Below, piece by piece: positions 34,135-38,243 of a stretch of DNA of 38,243 nt. This DNA is from Nitrospirota bacterium (GTDB taxonomy: Bacteria > Nitrospirota > Thermodesulfovibrionia > Thermodesulfovibrionales > SM23-35): positions 1 through 38,243 of the forward strand of contig JBFMEC010000003.1 of NCBI GenBank assembly GCA_040753575.1, in the 5' to 3' direction. Below the pieces are notes generated by a model. It was given only the letters and a program-made list of their open reading frames with translations. It did not search any database and had not been told where the DNA came from. A program made the translations under genes and the position numbers. Within the stretch, counting starts at the first letter, position 1, and each line of letters starts with the position of its first letter.

Positions 34135-36165
34135 ATGGAAAGGGGTTTAAGAATTTTTATGAGTTGTCTTTTGAGCCTATTGCTAATTATTGCATCAGTT
34201 GCATTGGCAGAGGAAAATGAAAAGGAAGAAACAGAAAAGGAAAAGGAGAAAAAAGAAGAAGCGAAATCTGAAGAAATGCCTGAAGTAGTAGTTATGGGAG
34301 AGCCCTTGGTAAAGGGTTTGGAAGAAAAGCTGAAGGAGCAACCTACGACTATTCATTCAGTCTATGGAGAAGAGATTGAAAATATGGATATTAAAAGGAC
34401 CCTTGATATTATCAGGAGAATTCCCGGTGTTATGGCAGAAAACTATAACCAGCAGGGTGTTGCTGCGGCGTATTCTTTCAGGGGGTTCAGGGCAGGCCAT
34501 GGGATCGGAGCAGGTTGTTATCTGGACGGAATACCCTACAATGAAATAAACCATGTGGATGGGGATGGATATCCCGATTACAACACCATTCTGCCCGAAT
34601 CCATTGAGAAGCTGGAGGTTATTAAGGGGCTATTCTCCCCACTTTATGGAGGTTATGCACAGGCAGGCATTCTGCATTACATTACTAAAGACAGAGGCAA
34701 TGACACAAAATTAAAGCTCTCTACCGGCTCGTGGAATTATCAGCGGGGGGTCTTTGAAATATCCCGTGAATTTGAACGTTTCTATACTTATAACGGCATT
34801 GATTTTGAAAGAGGTGATGGATACAGAGACCATAGTGAATGGCAGAAAGGGACGGTTTTTTCACGGTTTGGATACAAAATTGATGAAAAATCAAATGTCA
34901 GACTAACCCTCCATTCCTATAAGATTGTCTGGGATGCTCCGGGCCCGCTTCCAAAAGCAGATTGGGATGATGGTAATTTGAAGAAGGCTACAACAGACGG
35001 CGGCGGTGATAAACAAAAATATATGGCCAGCGTCGACTACAGCCGCAGCCTGAGTAAATCTTCCGAGATTAATATAGTCGGATATGGCTATCACAGTGAT
35101 TTTACCAGGTGGGTAGGTGCGAGCAATGAGGAGAGGAACGATTTAAGGGACACATTCGGCTCACGCGTAATGTACTTCCTCTCAAGTCACATTGCAGGAG
35201 TAGAAAACGGCCTCATAATCGGTGTGGACTACGAATTTAATAACTCTGATGCGCACAAGTGGAGTGTCCAACACCCCAAAACAAGAGAGCGAAAACAGGA
35301 GACATTATCCGGTGAATTCGATTTTCACAACATAGCACTCTATTTTCAGGACGATATCAGGCTGTCCCCTTTAATAAAATTTTCGTTGGGCAGCCGCTAC
35401 GAGATACTGAAAGGTGATCTGAACAATAAACTTACTGACAAAGAAAGTTCTTACAATGAAGAGGTATTCAACCCGAAAGCTGGAGTACTAATAACACCCG
35501 TTAAAGGATTCGATATATTCGGCAATGTTGGAACAGGTTTTGTGCTTCCTGCAGGATTTAAAAAATTTGAAAATGCCAAACTCGACCCTTCAAGGCTAAC
35601 CTCTTATGAAGTTGGAACAAGGTTTCAACCTCTTGCAAAATCACTCTTTCAGTTAGCCCTTTTTCGCACTGATACCAAAGACGAGGTAATTATAGACCCA
35701 ATTACCTTGGAGGAAATAAATGCAGGCGAGACAAGACGAGAGGGTGTTGAGGTAAGCGCTGAATATTATTTCATGCCAGTTTTACTTGTCTATTTAAACG
35801 GTGTTTACCAGAAGGCAAAGTATACAGATTACAACACTCAAAGCGGGGATTTCAGCGGCAAAGATATACAGAGAGTGCCTAAGTATATAGCAAGCACAGG
35901 TATAGAGTATTTCCCAGCAAAGGGATTTTGGGGGAGTCTTACAGGAACTTATACGGGCAAACGGTGGACTGACATCCAAAATACTGTACGTGAGGATGAT
36001 TTTTTTGTTGCTAACGCCTTACTTCGTTATGCCTGGCAGAAATATACGGTAACACTCTTTGCCAATAATCTCTTCGATAAAAAATACGCTGAGTTGCGCG
36101 GTGCTACCGACTATTATCCCAATGATCCGTTTAATGTTACTTTGAGTTTCAGTATGAAATTTTAA
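34135..36165 (+). CDS. TonB-dependent outer-membrane receptor
   Basis: The start is trimmed to ATG 34135 (AGGAGGTGA upstream). It has a signal peptide, an acidic/Lys low-complexity tract, a TonB-box-like PEVVVMG, a plug (IEKLEVIKG) and a 22-strand-type barrel ending ...LSFSMKF. Confidence 0.9.
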   Translation: MERGLRIFMSCLLSLLLIIASVALAEENEKEETEKEKEKKEEAKSEEMPEVVVMGEPLVKGLEEKLKEQPTTIHSVYGEEIENMDIKRTLDIIRRIPGVMAENYNQQGVAAAYSFRGFRAGHGIGAGCYLDGIPYNEINHVDGDGYPDYNTILPESIEKLEVIKGLFSPLYGGYAQAGILHYITKDRGNDTKLKLSTGSWNYQRGVFEISREFERFYTYNGIDFERGDGYRDHSEWQKGTVFSRFGYKIDEKSNVRLTLHSYKIVWDAPGPLPKADWDDGNLKKATTDGGGDKQKYMASVDYSRSLSKSSEINIVGYGYHSDFTRWVGASNEERNDLRDTFGSRVMYFLSSHIAGVENGLIIGVDYEFNNSDAHKWSVQHPKTRERKQETLSGEFDFHNIALYFQDDIRLSPLIKFSLGSRYEILKGDLNNKLTDKESSYNEEVFNPKAGVLITPVKGFDIFGNVGTGFVLPAGFKKFENAKLDPSRLTSYEVGTRFQPLAKSLFQLALFRTDTKDEVIIDPITLEEINAGETRREGVEVSAEYYFMPVLLVYLNGVYQKAKYTDYNTQSGDFSGKDIQRVPKYIASTGIEYFPAKGFWGSLTGTYTGKRWTDIQNTVREDDFFVANALLRYAWQKYTVTLFANNLFDKKYAELRGATDYYPNDPFNVTLSFSMKF

Positions 36166-36329
36166 CTCAGAGACAAAAAAGAGAATTTTGTTTGGGCTAA
36201 ATTCTAATTATAGGCCTATAAAATTTGGAGGGAGGTGATATATGAAGCTGCTGGTTAGGATTTTAAAAGTCTAAGTGTATAAATTCTTATTAAATAAGAT
36301 GAGAGCAAAATAATCTCTACGGAGGAAAC

Positions 36330-37049
36330 ATGTGTAGAATAATCATAAGAAGCATATTAAGCGTTTTAATGGTGTTCACGTTTTTATGTCCTGTTTTCGC
36401 CCATGATATATGGGTAGAAAAACAAGATGGGAAACTTATTATTTTATATGGTCATGTCGACAAAAATAAGTTTGAGTCCATAGAGCCAGCGAAAATAAAA
36501 GAGGTAAAAGGATTTGACAAGAACGGGAAGGACATGAGAGTGAAAATTGAGCAGAACAAAGATAGTTTATCAATATCCCCTGCAAAAGAAGTAGCGGCTA
36601 TCGAACTATTTTTTGATGGTGGATACTGGGTAAAAACAACCGAGGGGTATAAAAATATATCAAAACGGGAGGCTAAAGAGTATATCGAGTCTATGCACTC
36701 CATAAAATATGGTAAATCTCTTTTCAGCTGGAACCGCAAGTTTGTAGAGCCCTTTGGAATGAGATTTGAGATAATTCCATTAAAAAATCCCTTTGAGATA
36801 AAAAAAGGGAAGGTGCTTCCAATAAAGGTGCTTTTTGAAGGCAAGCCTCTTGAAGGTGCATCAATCAAACTATCGGGTTATGGAAAAGAGACAACAGAGT
36901 TGGTAACTAATAAAAATGGTACGGCAGATATTGTTATTGAAAAGGCGGGAATTCAGATAATCACTGCACGACATAAGATTCCACTTAAAGATAACCCCGA
37001 TGCTGATAACCTTTCTCTTGGAACAGCATTGACTTTTGAAGTGAAATAG
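36330..37049 (+). CDS. Second periplasmic DUF4198 (NikK-like) protein
   Basis: The signal peptide ends VFA-HDIWVEKQDGKLIILYGH. The beta-sandwich segment LFEGKPLEGASIKLSGYG...NKNGTADI parallels the protein at 27907-28680. Confidence 0.75.
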   Translation: MCRIIIRSILSVLMVFTFLCPVFAHDIWVEKQDGKLIILYGHVDKNKFESIEPAKIKEVKGFDKNGKDMRVKIEQNKDSLSISPAKEVAAIELFFDGGYWVKTTEGYKNISKREAKEYIESMHSIKYGKSLFSWNRKFVEPFGMRFEIIPLKNPFEIKKGKVLPIKVLFEGKPLEGASIKLSGYGKETTELVTNKNGTADIVIEKAGIQIITARHKIPLKDNPDADNLSLGTALTFEVK

Positions 37050-37562
37050 ATGATTAGAATTATTATAACAGTGCTTCTGCTCCTGATATCATCAGGGGCA
37101 GAAGCCCATTCTGTCCATTATCAGGTAGAAAACAAGGGCATCAGTGTGCGGGTGTTCTATGCAGAGGATGATTCGGCAAGTTATTCCAAGTATGAGATAT
37201 TCGGGCCGGGAGACACAATTCCCCATCAGAAAGGGCGAACCGACAAAAACGGCTTCGTCTCGTTCCTTCCCGATCGTCAGGGGAAATGGGTGGTAAAGGT
37301 CTATGGAGAATCCGAGCATGGAATGCATGGCGCACAAATCGAGGTTGACGTCAACGAGGATCTCTTTATGGTCTCTTTCAAAAAACCTCTCGTTGCACAG
37401 TATAGAAAGGCCTTTGTGGGCATTAGTTTCATTCTGGCAATATTTAGCCTATGGACTCTATTGAAAAACCGAAAAAGCAAAAACAAAATATCAAAACATC
37501 ATTTTTCTGAAAAAGCAATTGATTATGGATTGTCAGAGAGGAGAAAAGATTCCGAAAAATAA
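37050..37562 (+). CDS. Second NikL-like protein (signal peptide, small beta-sandwich, C-terminal TM anchor)
   Basis: AEAHSVHYQVENKGISVRVFY...HQKGRTDKNGFVSFLPDRQGKWVV...HGMHGAQIEV, then the FVGISFILAIFSLWTLL TM helix. It has the same architecture and AH.V / G(K/R)TD..G.(F/V)SF landmarks as 29288-29947. Its ATG abuts the upstream stop. Confidence 0.55.
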   Translation: MIRIIITVLLLLISSGAEAHSVHYQVENKGISVRVFYAEDDSASYSKYEIFGPGDTIPHQKGRTDKNGFVSFLPDRQGKWVVKVYGESEHGMHGAQIEVDVNEDLFMVSFKKPLVAQYRKAFVGISFILAIFSLWTLLKNRKSKNKISKHHFSEKAIDYGLSERRKDSEK

Positions 37563-37574
37563 ATAAATAAAGAA

Positions 37575-38111
37575 CTATGATTTGGTATTAAAGAATTTTG
37601 AAGGACCTGAGAAGACATGCCATTCAGCTTCTTTGAATATTTCCCTGCACTGCTGCACAGTCATTCCCCGTTTACCTCCTGTATCCTTTTCGGTATCACG
37701 AGGATTTGATCCTGTTTCTGCCCATATTATGTTAGCTCCTGCTGCAACACCAATAACATTAGGCTCATGTGTGCAATTTCCCGGAATATCGTATCCAGTG
37801 GCTAATCTTATAACACCAAGTATGTGAGCCATTCTAGCTTCACTCACTATACCATATTCTGCCATCTCTGTGTTAAGGATAGGAATTCGTCTCATAGCAC
37901 CACTGGAAATCGGTTTTGCTTCTTTCGTGATAACAGTCTTTTCAATAAGTTCATTAATACTATGTTCCGGCCCTATAGGCTCAACACAGGTTCCGAGAAA
38001 TAAACCAGCTTCTCTTGCATTTCTAAAGGTTTGTAGCCTTCTCTCAGGCGGGATTGTTGTATCCCTCCCTTCGCCCATTCTCAAGGCATGATATATACCT
38101 AAAAAACCCAC
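37575..38111 (-). pseudogene. 5'-truncated BioB/HydE-like radical-SAM gene (C-terminal roughly 55% only)
   Basis: The translation aligns by eye with the C-terminal half of biotin-synthase-like enzymes: LKDVGFLGIYHAL.., ERRLQTFRNAREAGLFLGTCVEPIG and AAGANIIWAETG. No CxxxCxxC region is present. The frame is closed by TAA at 38178-38180 after non-homologous A/T-rich sequence. Confidence 0.5.
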
Positions 38112-38243
38112 ATCTTTTAACCTTGATTCACCATCAAAAAAATAAAAAAACCTCGTTATCCCAATAAGGATGAGGTGTTAGAATAGTTGTGCGAGCAACA
38201 AAATAACACCAACGAGGTGAATATATTATGGCACAAAAGGTAC

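Noticed and set aside
1-38243. CRISPR arrays, rRNA genes or long tandem repeats
   Set aside because: By eye there is no regularly spaced direct-repeat array and no rRNA-like segment. The only recurrent elements are the four structured repeats reported above and short local duplications.

Overview
This is a 38.2-kb chromosomal segment from a moderately AT-rich diderm bacterium. LPS-transport, TonB and outer-membrane barrel genes are present, but I cannot assign a lineage from the sequence alone.

**Positions 1-26.5 kb: mostly housekeeping.**
- A decayed HigB/HigA-type toxin-antitoxin pair and a nitroreductase.
- A small-protein trio (hypothetical, Zn-ribbon, PilZ-like).
- An HPF-cold-shock-domain fusion and a membrane-anchored spermidine-synthase-like protein.
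- tRNA-Ser(GCU).
- The conserved lptC-lptA-lptB-rpoN-hpf-rapZ block.
- aroE, a PDZ/DUF512 radical-SAM protein, pgsA, a TPR protein, rpe, a kinase-less PASTA protein, DUF116, fmt and def.
- thrS-infC-rpmI-rplT-pheS, then an opposite-strand secreted-protein gene, then pheT.

**Positions 26.5-37.6 kb: an accessory-looking Ni/Co-type metal acquisition supercluster, all on the + strand.**
- Porin, then NikK-like (DUF4198), CbiM/NikM, NikL-like, CbiQ and CbiO.
- A 66-aa helical protein with an HNNEH motif.
- A 90-aa protein with 33 His residues.
- TonB, ExbB, ExbD and a TonB-dependent receptor.
- A second NikK-like/NikL-like pair.

**Most interesting signals.**
- A roughly 50-60-nt structured repeat (AAAGCCAYGAAGGC ... 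inner hairpin ... TTTYGTGGCYTTT plus a T-run) occurs four times, only at the boundaries of the metal-locus transcription units. Its inner helix shows compensatory changes between copies.
- A one-anti-SD/three-SD switch-like leader sits in front of the 66-aa gene.
- The alternating HxH protein.
- The metal locus encodes no protein regulator.
- The K/L periplasmic module is duplicated next to the TonB-dependent receptor.

**Secondary observations.**
- thrS lacks a TGS domain and appears to need an ATT start. infC appears to use an ATA start.
- pheT lacks the B2 OB-fold and may be leaderless.
- pheS and pheT are split by a foreign gene.
- The HigB toxin gene is frameshifted, and a perfect 18-bp palindrome lies upstream of it.
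- A 5'-truncated BioB-like radical-SAM gene lies at the right edge.

All family assignments come from reading the translations. No database search was run.
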